Positions 23,953 through 33,741 are shown, counted from the stretch's first letter. The stretch is 64,000 nucleotides of DNA from Alphaproteobacteria bacterium (GCA_965232515.1 CBDDPY010000002.1:4416001-4480000), one strand, 5' to 3'. The notes: a model not told the origin generated them from the sequence alone. Made by a program: numbers and translations.

Positions 23953-25478
23953 GGTGGCGTTGCCTTTCCACCATCAGTTTGGATGGAAGTGCTATCTGTT
24001 TGGTGAGGCACGTGGATTTGGTTCTGCGGAACGGTTGGCATGTGGCAGAACGTTATGGATATTTCGCCTGCTCCGATCTCGATGCGCTCGGTGATCGCCT
24101 CGACGACACGGCGTTTGTCGTCATGTGCAAGGCCGTCCCACTTAGCGTAAAGGTCCTTTGCATCGGCAATGACTTGATCTGACGAGAAGTACTGGACGTT
24201 CAGAAAATCGCGTTCGGCTTGGAGCGTCGGTATCTGCCTGTCTAACGCGGATTGCCGTTCCTCGAGTGCCTTGTAGCGCTTTCCAAATCCGTCTTTCGTC
24301 ATGCCGTCTGCCATATAGAGATCGTAGAGCTTGTCCATCTCCTTGTGGACGCGCTCGCGGTCCTCTTCGAGCGAGGCAAGCCGCGCATTCATTTCGTTCA
24401 GCGTGGTGTCGGCGTTGTTGAGGTATTCCGAGAGAAGCTCGTCGGAGGTGAAGAGGTTTTGGAGTTGCTGGTGAAAGACCGCTTCGAGATCGGCAACCGG
24501 GATCTTATTGCGGCAGTCATAGCAGACATACTTCGGCGTGTTGCTCGGGACGTACATCTTGTGGCCGCAGGTGCAATAGGTGAGACCGGTGAAGAGGTGG
24601 ATCGGCTTACGACCGCGCGTGCTTCGTTTCTTTTTTTGCTCGTCGATGATGGTGTTGCAGGCCTCCCAGACTTCTTCCGAGACGATCGCGGGCGCAGGGG
24701 TCGTCACCCATTCGTCTTCGGGTTTGAGCTCCCACGCCCTATTCTGCCCCGTGCTTTTGGTGTAGTTCGCCCGCCGCTCTCCCTTAGCGGTGGGATCCCG
24801 CAGGAGCCGCTCCACGGTCGTGTCTGAAAATTTGGCCCCTCTGCGGGTCCGATACCCCTCCTCGTTCATGAGGCGTGCAACGGTCTTCATGCGCCGATGT
24901 TCAAGAAACAGTTCATAGAGGCGCTTACGGATGGGAGCCTCCTGCGGGTCGAGCACGAGTTCCTGGTTTTCCCACCGGTAGCCGAATGAGGCCTGTCCGC
25001 CGAGGTTCTTGCCGAGCTTGGCGCGAACCGGAACCGAGGCGGCGACGCGCTCGGCGATTTCCTCTCGCTCCCACGTCGCCATTGCAGCGAGCATGGTGAA
25101 AAAGAGCCGTCCGGCGGGCGTACTCGTGTCGATCGATTCACCGAGGGAAATGAGGTCTGCATCGTACTCACGGAAGGTATCGGCAAAATCGAGGAGTTCG
25201 CGGGTGTTTCGTGCAAGCCGCGCCAGCTTGCTGAAGATGAGCCCGGTGATATGCCCGCGCTCGATATCGTCCAGCATGCGCCAGGCTTCCGGATGTGCGG
25301 ATACGCTTTTCCCGCTTACACCGGAGAGATTATAGACTTCGCCTACGCGCCAGCCTTTCGCGTCAGCGTAGTGCCGTGCGCGCTGTTCGTGGTGCTCCGG
25401 ACTTTCGCCACGAGCCTGATCTTCAGTCGAAACGCGAATCCAGATACCAACGCTTTTTGAAGGTAATTGAGGTTTCAT
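23925..25478 (-). CDS. Large serine recombinase (island integrase)
   Basis: WIRVSTEDQ catalytic Ser, [24 protein letters not shown], zinc ribbon CTCG...YVCYDC, coiled coil. Confidence 0.95.
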   Translation of the reverse strand: MKPQLPSKSVGIWIRVSTEDQARGESPEHHEQRARHYADAKGWRVGEVYNLSGVSGKSVSAHPEAWRMLDDIERGHITGLIFSKLARLARNTRELLDFADTFREYDADLISLGESIDTSTPAGRLFFTMLAAMATWEREEIAERVAASVPVRAKLGKNLGGQASFGYRWENQELVLDPQEAPIRKRLYELFLEHRRMKTVARLMNEEGYRTRRGAKFSDTTVERLLRDPTAKGERRANYTKSTGQNRAWELKPEDEWVTTPAPAIVSEEVWEACNTIIDEQKKKRSTRGRKPIHLFTGLTYCTCGHKMYVPSNTPKYVCYDCRNKIPVADLEAVFHQQLQNLFTSDELLSEYLNNADTTLNEMNARLASLEEDRERVHKEMDKLYDLYMADGMTKDGFGKRYKALEERQSALDRQIPTLQAERDFLNVQYFSSDQVIADAKDLYAKWDGLAHDDKRRVVEAITERIEIGAGEISITFCHMPTVPQNQIHVPHQTDSTSIQTDGGKATPPHGFIAASS

Positions 25479-26308
25479 CACCCGCCATTGCAAGATCGCG
25501 ATGCTACTCTTGCGAGCATACATCGAGCCCTCAAAAAGAACGGAGTATTTTGTTTATTGATCTGATTTTAAATTTAGTTCTAATAATATTCTACAATAAG
25601 ATATATACTAAGGTCAATATTGAAATGGAAAAATCTTCAAATTTTAAATTTTTCGCTAATCACTTAAATTTCGTAGTTCAAACTAAAAACCATATATTTT
25701 ATCTAAATATAAAATAATCGATTTTTGCTCTTTATACCTATGGTGATTTAAGAACATAATTTTCGATCAATATTTATGTGTCGAAACTTCCATTGGAAAT
25801 AATTGAATTTCAAACTTCTGATAAGAGAAGAAGGAAATAATTATATCAAAATCGATTTTGGATTGACTTCCACTGCAACTGGGCCCAACACAATGTTGGA
25901 GAATGTCGTTATCATCATAATTCGAAATTAAATTTTCTCATTTGGGATTGGTGTAGCACAAACACATCGCATCAGATGAGGCTCAGATGGAAGGTCCCGG
26001 CATCGTCGGACCACACGCCGCGCATGGAGCGCTACGGTAGGGAATTGACGTAAGGGCCACAGATTCCGGGGTCGGTTGAACTTGGTTAGTCATCGGATTG
26101 GAGGCACTCCCAACTGCGCACTATAGCCATCAACTGCAATATAGCAGAAGATCGGAGCGATAACTCGCGGAAAAGTAACAATCATCGTTTGGGATGCAAT
26201 CAAATGCAACACCGCTAAGCCGTCCAAGGCAGAATCTCATAGACCAAACTGGCACAGGTTGTTAACTTTTGTGTCCGTTCCGTGACCTTCTGCAGCCTCC
26301 TGACGACT

Positions 26309-27379
26309 ATGCATGTAATGTACCTCGACGAGTTTGGGCATCCTGGCAAATATAGCGCGAAGGGGCCTAGCAAATCAGAGACGCCTGTCTTTGGCTATGG
26401 TGGCTTCATCATGCCAGCGGATAGCGTGGCCGCGTTCGCAACTCAATTCTTTGATCTCAAGATTCACGCTTGTCGAAATATGCTTCTAGGTAAGTGGACT
26501 TATCAATCTAAGAGAGAAAACAAATCTCACAATAAGGACAAACAAGACAAATTACATCGTCAAATGAACCAAATTAGGAGGATGAGAGGCGACGAAATTA
26601 TTAGGGACAAGCACATGCGACATATAAATGCCAAATACGAAGTCAAGGGGCATGATGTATTTTCAAGACCTTATTTATTGAAGTTATTGAGGGAGAAAAA
26701 CTCCAACAAACAAAACTCAAAAATTAAGCTGCGTCGTTATTTAAGGCTTTCCCAATGGTTTCTTGAGATCCTTATTCAAAATGGTGGAGAGATATTCTTT
26801 TTTGGATACGATAAGAGAAGGTTTAAATGGGATGATCTTAATGAACCACATTTGGATTTAATAAACCCCGTTCTCGAAAGAGCTTTTCGGTACGCTCAAA
26901 GCAACAACACCACAATTTCTTTGTATTTTGACAGACATGATACGGATGAGGTCGGTGAATCTCTTGTTGGAGATAAACACCGCCGGCGAATTCGCGGATA
27001 TTCAGTAGGGCGAATAGACTTAGCAAGAAAAATTATTTTATCTCGCCGATTTTATGAACAAATAACTGAACCGGTAGTCATGCTGAAATCTGAGAGATCA
27101 CAATGTATTCAAGCTGCAGACTGGATTTGTTACATGCTTTCTCAAACAATGCCCTACAAATGCGGTCACAAAAACTACAAAAGCTACGAAGCATACCACA
27201 ACCATTTCGAAAGGTTCCTTTTCTCGAATGTATCTCGCTTTAGCGAATTTGGTTTCATTGGTGGAAAGTCCTACGGACACTACCTGCAGGGCGAGCTGGA
27301 TTTGGGTGAGGATACGGAGGATCTGGCGCGCAACCGGGCGTCGGCGCGTCGCCAGCGCCCTTATCATCGTTTTGGCTGA
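26309..27379 (+). CDS. DUF3800 domain protein (RNase H-like fold)
   Basis: N-terminal YLDEFG, FGYGGF and YEVKG motifs, C-terminal IQAADW; low GC. Confidence 0.85.
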   Translation: MHVMYLDEFGHPGKYSAKGPSKSETPVFGYGGFIMPADSVAAFATQFFDLKIHACRNMLLGKWTYQSKRENKSHNKDKQDKLHRQMNQIRRMRGDEIIRDKHMRHINAKYEVKGHDVFSRPYLLKLLREKNSNKQNSKIKLRRYLRLSQWFLEILIQNGGEIFFFGYDKRRFKWDDLNEPHLDLINPVLERAFRYAQSNNTTISLYFDRHDTDEVGESLVGDKHRRRIRGYSVGRIDLARKIILSRRFYEQITEPVVMLKSERSQCIQAADWICYMLSQTMPYKCGHKNYKSYEAYHNHFERFLFSNVSRFSEFGFIGGKSYGHYLQGELDLGEDTEDLARNRASARRQRPYHRFG

Positions 27380-27518
27380 TTAGCCGTGTTGTTGTGGGGT
27401 CAATGGTTATTGATATGCCTGACTTTGCAAATTTTATGTGGATTCGTCGCTTGAGTACGATGGCTACGACCAGCACACTTGCTGCCGCACCAATTGCGAC
27501 TACAATGTCTGTCAACAT
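27255..27518 (-). CDS. Small single-TM protein overlapping the DUF3800 3' end
   Basis: Strong RBS GAGGAGG before the ATG at 27518; MLTDIVVAIGAAASVLVVAIVLKRR. Confidence 0.55.
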   Translation of the reverse strand: MLTDIVVAIGAAASVLVVAIVLKRRIHIKFAKSGISITIDPTTTRLISQNDDKGAGDAPTPGCAPDPPYPHPNPARPAGSVRRTFHQ

Positions 27519-28128
27519 CTCTGCCTCCTCTGCCAAATAGGCAAAAAGAGAGAGGCATGGTATGCAGTTAAGCAAAAGCCGCTGCAATATGACATTGTCA
27601 TATATAACAGCGGCTTTCGACTGATGCGCAGAGATGTTGGGATTTTTATCCCTCACTCTGCCGCCCGTTGAGACTGGTTCGCGTTCAGTCGAGGCTTTGC
27701 CTCACAACGATCCCCAATCAAGCGCGCAAATATATAATTGCAGTCCGTGGCGAGTCAAGCATTGTGAGTGCATACCTGATATGATGGTAACGCATGCCAA
27801 TCTCAATGCAACCCATTTATCCACAGCAACTGACGCAGCAGCTAGTGCGTCACAATCAACACGCGTTGTTCTCGAGAAACGGTTGACTGAGCAATCGATC
27901 CGAAACATCGTTCGACAGGATCACGAACCAGTTCTTTGTAGACTGGTATCGCACTTCTACTGCCCAGCCTGAGAAACCGCCAATCTCCTAGTCGGACGTT
28001 TTTTAAACCTTTCCAAGAAAAAACAGAATTATCCATCAATATAGACATTATATTTGAAACATTAAGGTATTATTTGTTCTAAGTTATAATAATTCTACGT
28101 ATAGGAACTATTGTAATAATTAAACAGT

Positions 28129-28818
28129 ATGAGCTATTCTGTTCGGCACGATCATCATATGTCAATACCCTCCAATTCTCACAATATGGGAGGGAATACT
28201 TGCGTGTCGTTTACGTATGATGATTCTGGCAATCGCAAGTATGCAACCGTAAAGGAACGTCGGCTGTTCCTGCGTGCTGCCAAGAACCATGCTTCGCTTC
28301 AGGTGTACACGTTCTGTTTGGCGCTTGCGCTCACAGGCGCACGGATCTCCGAGATCTTGGCTCTTACGCCTCGCCAGATCGACCTTGAAGCCGGCGTCGT
28401 TGTTATTCAGAGCCTTAAGAAGCGGAAGCGCGAAACAGCCGTTTATCGTGCGGTCCCCATTCCGCCGGATGTCCTCGAGAAACTCGATGCGGCACACGGC
28501 ATCAGCGCTGCTCGAAAGGACGAAGCGCGCCGGGATACCCGCATCTGGCCGTGGTGCAGGACAACTGCTTGGAAGCGGGTCAAAGAGGTTATGCAGGCAG
28601 CGGGTATTACCGGGCTGCAAGCTAGCCCTAAAGGGCTCCGCCACGGCTTTGCGGTGGGCGCATTGGTCGCCGGCGTTCCGGAAATAACAGTGATGCGATG
28701 GCTTGGGCATGCACGACTTGAAACCACGATGATCTACACCGAAACCATCGGCGCGGAGGCTCAAGCGATCGCGAAGCGGATGTGGGAGCCGCTCCTGCAA
28801 AACGATCTCCTCTCGTAA
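28129..28818 (+). CDS. Short tyrosine recombinase/resolvase (catalytic domain only)
   Basis: TGARISE, KGLRHGFA and WLGHARLETTMIY motifs; start probably downstream of 28129. Confidence 0.9.
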   Translation: MSYSVRHDHHMSIPSNSHNMGGNTCVSFTYDDSGNRKYATVKERRLFLRAAKNHASLQVYTFCLALALTGARISEILALTPRQIDLEAGVVVIQSLKKRKRETAVYRAVPIPPDVLEKLDAAHGISAARKDEARRDTRIWPWCRTTAWKRVKEVMQAAGITGLQASPKGLRHGFAVGALVAGVPEITVMRWLGHARLETTMIYTETIGAEAQAIAKRMWEPLLQNDLLS

Positions 28819-28851
28819 ACAAAATAGCTCATTCTGTTCACAAAAGCGTTA

Positions 28852-28875
28852 GGACCCCCAAGCAGGTGGGGGTCC
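28852..28875. repeat. Perfect 9-bp inverted repeat
   Basis: GGACCCCCA-N6-TGGGGGTCC. Confidence 0.7.
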
Positions 28876-28899
28876 ACTGCGCCAAAGAGGGGTCAGACT

Positions 28900-29340
28900 A
28901 TGCTCAGGACATTTGTTGCTGCGACTGTTCTCATCGCGTCAGCATCGCTGATCGGATGCCAAACAGCGAAGCAACCGGCTCCATTGCCGGAGAACATCTC
29001 AATTCAAGACGCTCCTGCCTCGCTTTCCGAGAAGCACGCGGCCTTCCTCGGACGATGGCACGGGCGCTGGGGCGGCACGCTCGACGGATACCTCGTGGTG
29101 ACAAGCATGACGCCGCCGACTGCTGAGGTCATTTATGCCTGGGGGACCAATCAATATGTCAAGGAACCAGGCTGGATCAAAAGGACCGCGACACTTGATG
29201 GCGACAGTCTCATCGTCCCCATAACTGATGACGGTGAGAGGAAGGCTGTCTACACGATGAACGGGGACGGTACCCTTGCTGGCGTCTACACACGTCCTGG
29301 CGTGCGGAGTGATGCAGTGCTTATGTGTGAAACCTGCTGA
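28900..29340 (+). CDS. Lipoprotein, beta-rich
   Basis: Lipobox LIGC; FLGRWHGRW motif. Confidence 0.75.
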   Translation: MLRTFVAATVLIASASLIGCQTAKQPAPLPENISIQDAPASLSEKHAAFLGRWHGRWGGTLDGYLVVTSMTPPTAEVIYAWGTNQYVKEPGWIKRTATLDGDSLIVPITDDGERKAVYTMNGDGTLAGVYTRPGVRSDAVLMCETC

Positions 29341-29472
29341 TAGCTGTTTACGCTCGATTTTTTTGGAGTAGCGGCGCGCCTAACGTGACCGTCCCGTTTC
29401 GATAAGGTATTGGACGAGCCAGTTTGGTCAGCCACACCTTCGCGATTGCCCCTCCACTGGTGCTCGGGAAGG

Positions 29473-29505
29473 AAAAAACCGCCCTGGCATTGGGCCAGGG
29501 CGGTT
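29473..29505 (-). terminator. Rho-independent terminator after DUF3768
   Basis: 12-bp stem AACCGCCCTGGC/GCCAGGGCGGTT followed by a U-tract on the minus strand. Confidence 0.85.
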
Positions 29506-29592
29506 GACGGACCGTGGGATGATCGATCGAGGCGGTAAGCTCATGCATTCAGCGAGCGTCATCGATTCCAAGGCCAGTAGCGCTTCGGTGTC

Positions 29593-29916
29593 TCAATACT
29601 CCTCCGAGAGCATTACCGTAAGCACACGCGTCGTCACGTTCGGGTCGGACGGATCCGGTGAACCATTGCACATGTCTGTGTCGTAATAGTCGATCTTCCA
29701 GAAGAACGTCCGGCCTGTGTGCTCGAAAGAGCCGAAGTCGTGCTCCCCGTGGGGATCGTTACCCTCGTCGAACGCGCCGAAGGTCGCAACCTTGCGGAGG
29801 ATCATCGCCTGCACGTCCGTGGGCAGGGCGTTCACCCCTGCTGTCACCACGACGCGGCCGCCGGCGAAGGTCGTGCGGAGGGCGTCGTTGAGTTCGCGGA
29901 TGCGCTCCGTGCTCAT
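29593..29916 (-). CDS. DUF3768 domain protein
   Basis: IRELNDALR, NDPHGEHDFG, FWKIDYYD and TTRVLTVMLSEEY motifs. Confidence 0.93.
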   Translation of the reverse strand: MSTERIRELNDALRTTFAGGRVVVTAGVNALPTDVQAMILRKVATFGAFDEGNDPHGEHDFGSFEHTGRTFFWKIDYYDTDMCNGSPDPSDPNVTTRVLTVMLSEEY

Positions 29917-30131
29917 ATCAGCCCCGCCAGGATCAGCGCCGGCTTCATCGCATTGGCGCCGCAGCTCTCGCAGTAGCCGTGGCCCTGGTCCGGTTCCATC
30001 TCCGCGGTCGCACCGCAGATCGTGCAGATCGCAGGGCTGACGCTGTCGAACAGGCTCGCTTGCAACAGACAGTCGAGACTGGCAAAACCCTCGGCCTCTA
30101 CGAGCCGGGAAAGAGCCTCTTGGTTAGTCAT
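29913..30131 (-). CDS. Small zinc-ribbon protein
   Basis: CTIC...EPDQ..GYCESC; GAGGAGG RBS; overlaps the DUF3768 start. Confidence 0.8.
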   Translation of the reverse strand: MTNQEALSRLVEAEGFASLDCLLQASLFDSVSPAICTICGATAEMEPDQGHGYCESCGANAMKPALILAGLI

Positions 30132-30269
30132 GGTCTCCTCCTCGCTATCGACGCCCTGGAATGAGGCGCCGAGCGGCGGGGACGAGCGGTTGGCCCGACG
30201 AACCCTAAAAGGACCGCCCGGGCACAGTGCGCGCCGGGCGGGCGGCAGACCTGGTGCTGCCAAAGAACG

Positions 30270-31196
30270 TCATTGCGGGATCGGAAGCCGGCGTGGCTTC
30301 TTCTGTTCTTCGCGAAAGCGGCCCACGAACCTGGCGGCCGCGCTGGCCTTGCTGGCAGCCGTGAAGACTGCGCGTTTGTCCGACTTCAACACCTTGAGCC
30401 AATGCGCGATATAGGCTGCGTGATCGACCCGCGGCGTGTTTGTGATCGAAAGCTCGGCGCAGAGAAATGCAGCGCCCAACTCCGCAACCAGCTCTTCCAT
30501 GGCGTAGGCATCGCTCCCAAACTGTCCGGCAAGATCACGGTCCAAACGCGTTGGATGCGATGTCCAATGCGTGAGCTCATGCAGCAGCGTGGCGTAGTAG
30601 CCTTCTGTTGCAGAGGTTGTGGTGGTTCCAGTAAAGCGCGGACGGGCGGGCATGATGATGTAGTCGTCCGATGGGACGTAAGCAGCTTCCGCGCCGCCAT
30701 GACGGATGTCGGCACCCGTTGCAGCAACGACCGCGTCTGCTTCTTCGATGGTCTCGATCGGATCAGGACCCGTTGCAAAGGGTGTTTGCCAACCATGGAC
30801 CTGATCAGCATTGAACACCCAGGACGTTCGGGCCATGAGATAGCGCTCCTCGGTGGTCTCTCCCGTTGCTTCATCCCAGACGTCTTTGGTCATCTCCTTG
30901 TAGAAGACGATAATGCTTGCCTTCTCGCCTCGCATCACCTGGGCGTTCAGGTTTTGCCATTGCCGGTATGTCGCCCAATAGTCGGAGAAGAACGCGTGCT
31001 GTGACGCGGAGGCCCAGAGCGAGATGATGTTGACGCCTAGGTAAGGCTTTCCGGTCTCAGCGTTCGTTGGTCGCGCGAGACTGGCCCCGGTGTGGTGCCA
31101 GGGCATCTCGAATGTGGGTGCGCCGCGCTCGATCGCCGCGACAATGTGCTCGGTGATCTTGCTGTACACGTCACGGCGCTTGGTCTTGTCGTCCAT
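30270..31196 (-). CDS. ardC: ArdC-family antirestriction ssDNA-binding/zincin protein
   Basis: MPW, Y.GVN, WATYRQW, VFNADQ, LHELTHW and EELVAELG motifs. Confidence 0.92.
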   Translation of the reverse strand: MDDKTKRRDVYSKITEHIVAAIERGAPTFEMPWHHTGASLARPTNAETGKPYLGVNIISLWASASQHAFFSDYWATYRQWQNLNAQVMRGEKASIIVFYKEMTKDVWDEATGETTEERYLMARTSWVFNADQVHGWQTPFATGPDPIETIEEADAVVAATGADIRHGGAEAAYVPSDDYIIMPARPRFTGTTTTSATEGYYATLLHELTHWTSHPTRLDRDLAGQFGSDAYAMEELVAELGAAFLCAELSITNTPRVDHAAYIAHWLKVLKSDKRAVFTAASKASAAARFVGRFREEQKKPRRLPIPQ

Positions 31197-31268
31197 TGCC
31201 ACCTCCTCTGCAGGGCAGGAACACCGACGGGTTCGGTGCTCCTGGCCGCAGCCGAGGCGGCCGGTGGC

Positions 31269-31787
31269 TCAGGCGGCTTTTTTCGTCCGTGACCGGTGGA
31301 AATGGGTGAGTACGAGTGCTGCGGCATCAAAGATGCCCATACGTCGATCTTCAGGCGTCCAAAGCTTGCGTTTCTCGGGCAGCAGTGGTGAGAGCTCCTC
31401 GTAGAGACGAGCGATCTCTACAGCGATCTCATGCTTATTCGACGCACCAATACGTGCGAACGCCGTAAGGATCTCGGCCCGCGAATAGCATTTGAGCGCA
31501 ACGTGGTGGATGGCGGATTGTCGCGCGATTGCCCGGATGAGGCGCGTGATGCGCTTCCCCTTATGTGAGCCGGCGCCAGCGGGATTCTCAAGCACCACGA
31601 GGTCCGGCTCGAACCACGTGAGGAGCGCGTCAAACTGCTTCAGGTTGTCGGACTGCTCTCGGCTCGGGATGTGCTTGACGCCCCAATCGATGAGCCGGAG
31701 CGGTCCTTCAAAGATCGCGAAGCCGAATCCATGGGTCGTCGGGAACACCCCGACGGTGCGACGTACCCCTTTTTGTCTATGTATCAT
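31269..31787 (-). CDS. RuvC/RNase H-like fold protein
   Basis: GVFPTTHGFGFAIFE, PDLVVLE, NKHEIA and FDAAAL pattern; first catalytic Asp absent. Confidence 0.6.
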   Translation of the reverse strand: MIHRQKGVRRTVGVFPTTHGFGFAIFEGPLRLIDWGVKHIPSREQSDNLKQFDALLTWFEPDLVVLENPAGAGSHKGKRITRLIRAIARQSAIHHVALKCYSRAEILTAFARIGASNKHEIAVEIARLYEELSPLLPEKRKLWTPEDRRMGIFDAAALVLTHFHRSRTKKAA

Positions 31788-32134
31788 TGACTTGGTGCGG
31801 ACCGTGGATCATCCATGATGCGCCGCAACGCCGAAAGCTTACGCTCGAGTTGTGGCGAAGGCTCGCGGAGCTCAAGCTGCGCATAGAGGATGTGGGCCCG
31901 CTCGATGATGGCTAATTCGACCTCGTCGTACACGCCGGCAAAGAGATCTGACACGGGCGCCTTGAACAGCACCTCGTAGGCAAGCGCTGTCTTGAGCAGC
32001 GGTTTTAGCTGCGCGAGTTCGTGCCGGGAAACAGTCTTGTTGCCCCGCCAGCCGAACAAGAACGCGACCTCTGTTTGTGAGAGGCCGGTTCGTTTGCGGA
32101 AGGTACGCAGATAAGTCTTGAGACGGCGTGACAT
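31784..32134 (-). CDS. XRE-family HTH protein
   Basis: LRTFRKRTGLSQTEVAFL...VSRHE...P. Confidence 0.85.
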   Translation of the reverse strand: MSRRLKTYLRTFRKRTGLSQTEVAFLFGWRGNKTVSRHELAQLKPLLKTALAYEVLFKAPVSDLFAGVYDEVELAIIERAHILYAQLELREPSPQLERKLSALRRIMDDPRSAPSQ

Positions 32135-32288
32135 ACGACGTGAACGTCCCGTGCGAGCGCTGATTCCCGCGTGAGACTGGCTGTAGCGTAAGCGTTCGGA
32201 CGAATCTGTCGTAGACACAGCAATGAGCACGAATGGTCCCATTGTACCTTCTAGACACAGCGGCATATCCGTTTCGCTATGTGCAGCA

Positions 32289-32412
32289 GTGGATATCGGG
32301 GACGTTGGGGACGTTGCCCGAGGTAGCAGAACACGCCTTAGGCTGGACCATCCGCAGCGTCGATTGCTGTCGCATCCCCTGGGAGGACGTCCCCCAAATC
32401 CCCGATGTCCAC
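32289..32412. repeat. Inverted arrays of 9-bp iterons (putative origin)
   Basis: GTGGATATC GGGGACGTT GGGGACGT at 32289-32314 versus minus-strand GTGGACATC GGGGATTTG GGGGACGT at 32387-32412; 22/26 identical. Confidence 0.75.
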
Positions 32413-33741
32413 CTGCGTATCAGTGATCGGTTCGGTCGCTCTATCGACGCCGTATCGTCGATAGAGCGCAGGGAGTTTTGGCAATTCGCTCGGTGGGATG
32501 ACGAAATTGCCTTGGCTTTTGCGGGTCGAAAGCCCGAGCCGCTGGCGAACGATTGAGCCGATCGATTTAGCGCTCATGGTGCCGTAGGTTTCGCCATGTT
32601 CGGCTATGAAGGCCGATGCGATGTCTTTCATGGGCAGCACGCGTCTACCCTGTTCGTCAAGCAGGCTTTGAATGACCGCGAGGACCTCTGCCTCCATGGC
32701 GAGTGCGCGGTCTAAGCCCAGTCCGTCGCTGTACTCGCGGGCGATCCAATGCAGCTCTTCACGCATTGAGGGATCGGCGACCGCAAGAAGCGGCGCAAAT
32801 ATCTGCCGCAGACGAGGTTCGATGGACGGATCGTCGAGCAATAGGCTCGCATCGAATGTGCCGTAGTTTCGAAACCGGTAGAGCAGGAGCTTGTTGCGCA
32901 TAGCGAGCGCTTCATCCTGATAGTCGGACGGCAGACTGATCGGAATGTCGTCGCGCAACTCCCCGCCGCGCATGTCTTCCGTCAAGAAACGGCTCTCGAG
33001 CGCTCGATCGTCGTAACTCCCGCGGGTTGCAAGCACCTTCGGGCCGAACACATGAAAAGCGCGCGGGTTGAACTCGCGCTCGCGGGTGATCTCGGTACGA
33101 AGAACCGGCAAGCCGCGTACGTTGCCGTTGTTCAGGATCTTGACGATCTCTGACTTCTCATCACTGAACCGGAAGTCGCCCTCATCAAGGATTAGTGTGC
33201 CTCGAAACGCATCAAGCGTATGGAAAATCGGCGATATGGTGGATGCGCCACTTGCAAAAATCGGCTTGTAGCAAAGTGCGCCCACGGTGAGCAGAAAGCG
33301 CGTTTTGCCACTCCCGAAATCACCGCGCAGGCGCATATATGGCAGCTCGTTGAAGCAGTCGTGGACCCACGAGAGCAGCACGTAAAGACTGGTGAGTCGC
33401 TCAAAGCGAGGCGCCACGTCGACATAGCGGTGGATGTACCGTCGCACATCATCGAGGAGCGCCGACGTCGCGCCATATTCCTCCGGTCGCGAGGGTAAGA
33501 GCACAACGCGGTTTGCAATGAGGTTGTTGCTCGGTGTGTACGGGACGAAGCTAGCACCATCTGGCGCAGCAACTTCATGCTCGATACGCCAGCTGTTGCC
33601 ACTCCACACGGCGAAGCAGGTGCGCTTTTTCGTTGGATCGTAGAGGAGTTCGACGATACGACCGTCGTCGAGTACCGAGGAGACAGTTGGGCGGTGTTTG
33701 TGTGCGTCGGCAGTTTTTTGAGTTGGCTTTCTGTCAGGCAT
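32338..33741 (-). CDS. P-loop ATPase, probable replication helicase-type protein
   Basis: Walker A GDFGSGKT, Walker B LILDEGD, FGPKVLA and ALESR motifs; iterons overlap its 3' end. Confidence 0.7.
   Translation of the reverse strand: MPDRKPTQKTADAHKHRPTVSSVLDDGRIVELLYDPTKKRTCFAVWSGNSWRIEHEVAAPDGASFVPYTPSNNLIANRVVLLPSRPEEYGATSALLDDVRRYIHRYVDVAPRFERLTSLYVLLSWVHDCFNELPYMRLRGDFGSGKTRFLLTVGALCYKPIFASGASTISPIFHTLDAFRGTLILDEGDFRFSDEKSEIVKILNNGNVRGLPVLRTEITREREFNPRAFHVFGPKVLATRGSYDDRALESRFLTEDMRGGELRDDIPISLPSDYQDEALAMRNKLLLYRFRNYGTFDASLLLDDPSIEPRLRQIFAPLLAVADPSMREELHWIAREYSDGLGLDRALAMEAEVLAVIQSLLDEQGRRVLPMKDIASAFIAEHGETYGTMSAKSIGSIVRQRLGLSTRKSQGNFVIPPSELPKLPALYRRYGVDRATEPITDTQVDIGDLGDVLPGDATAIDAADGPA

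Noticed and set aside
25295-25717. 140-aa plus-strand ORF running into AT-rich DNA
   Set aside because: Overlaps the integrase antisense; its low-complexity I/N/K/F tail reflects AT-rich non-coding sequence.
27817-27852. Perfect DnaA box TTATCCACA and a nearby TGACGCA/TGCGTCA inverted repeat
   Set aside because: A single 9-mer without a box cluster is not enough to call an origin.
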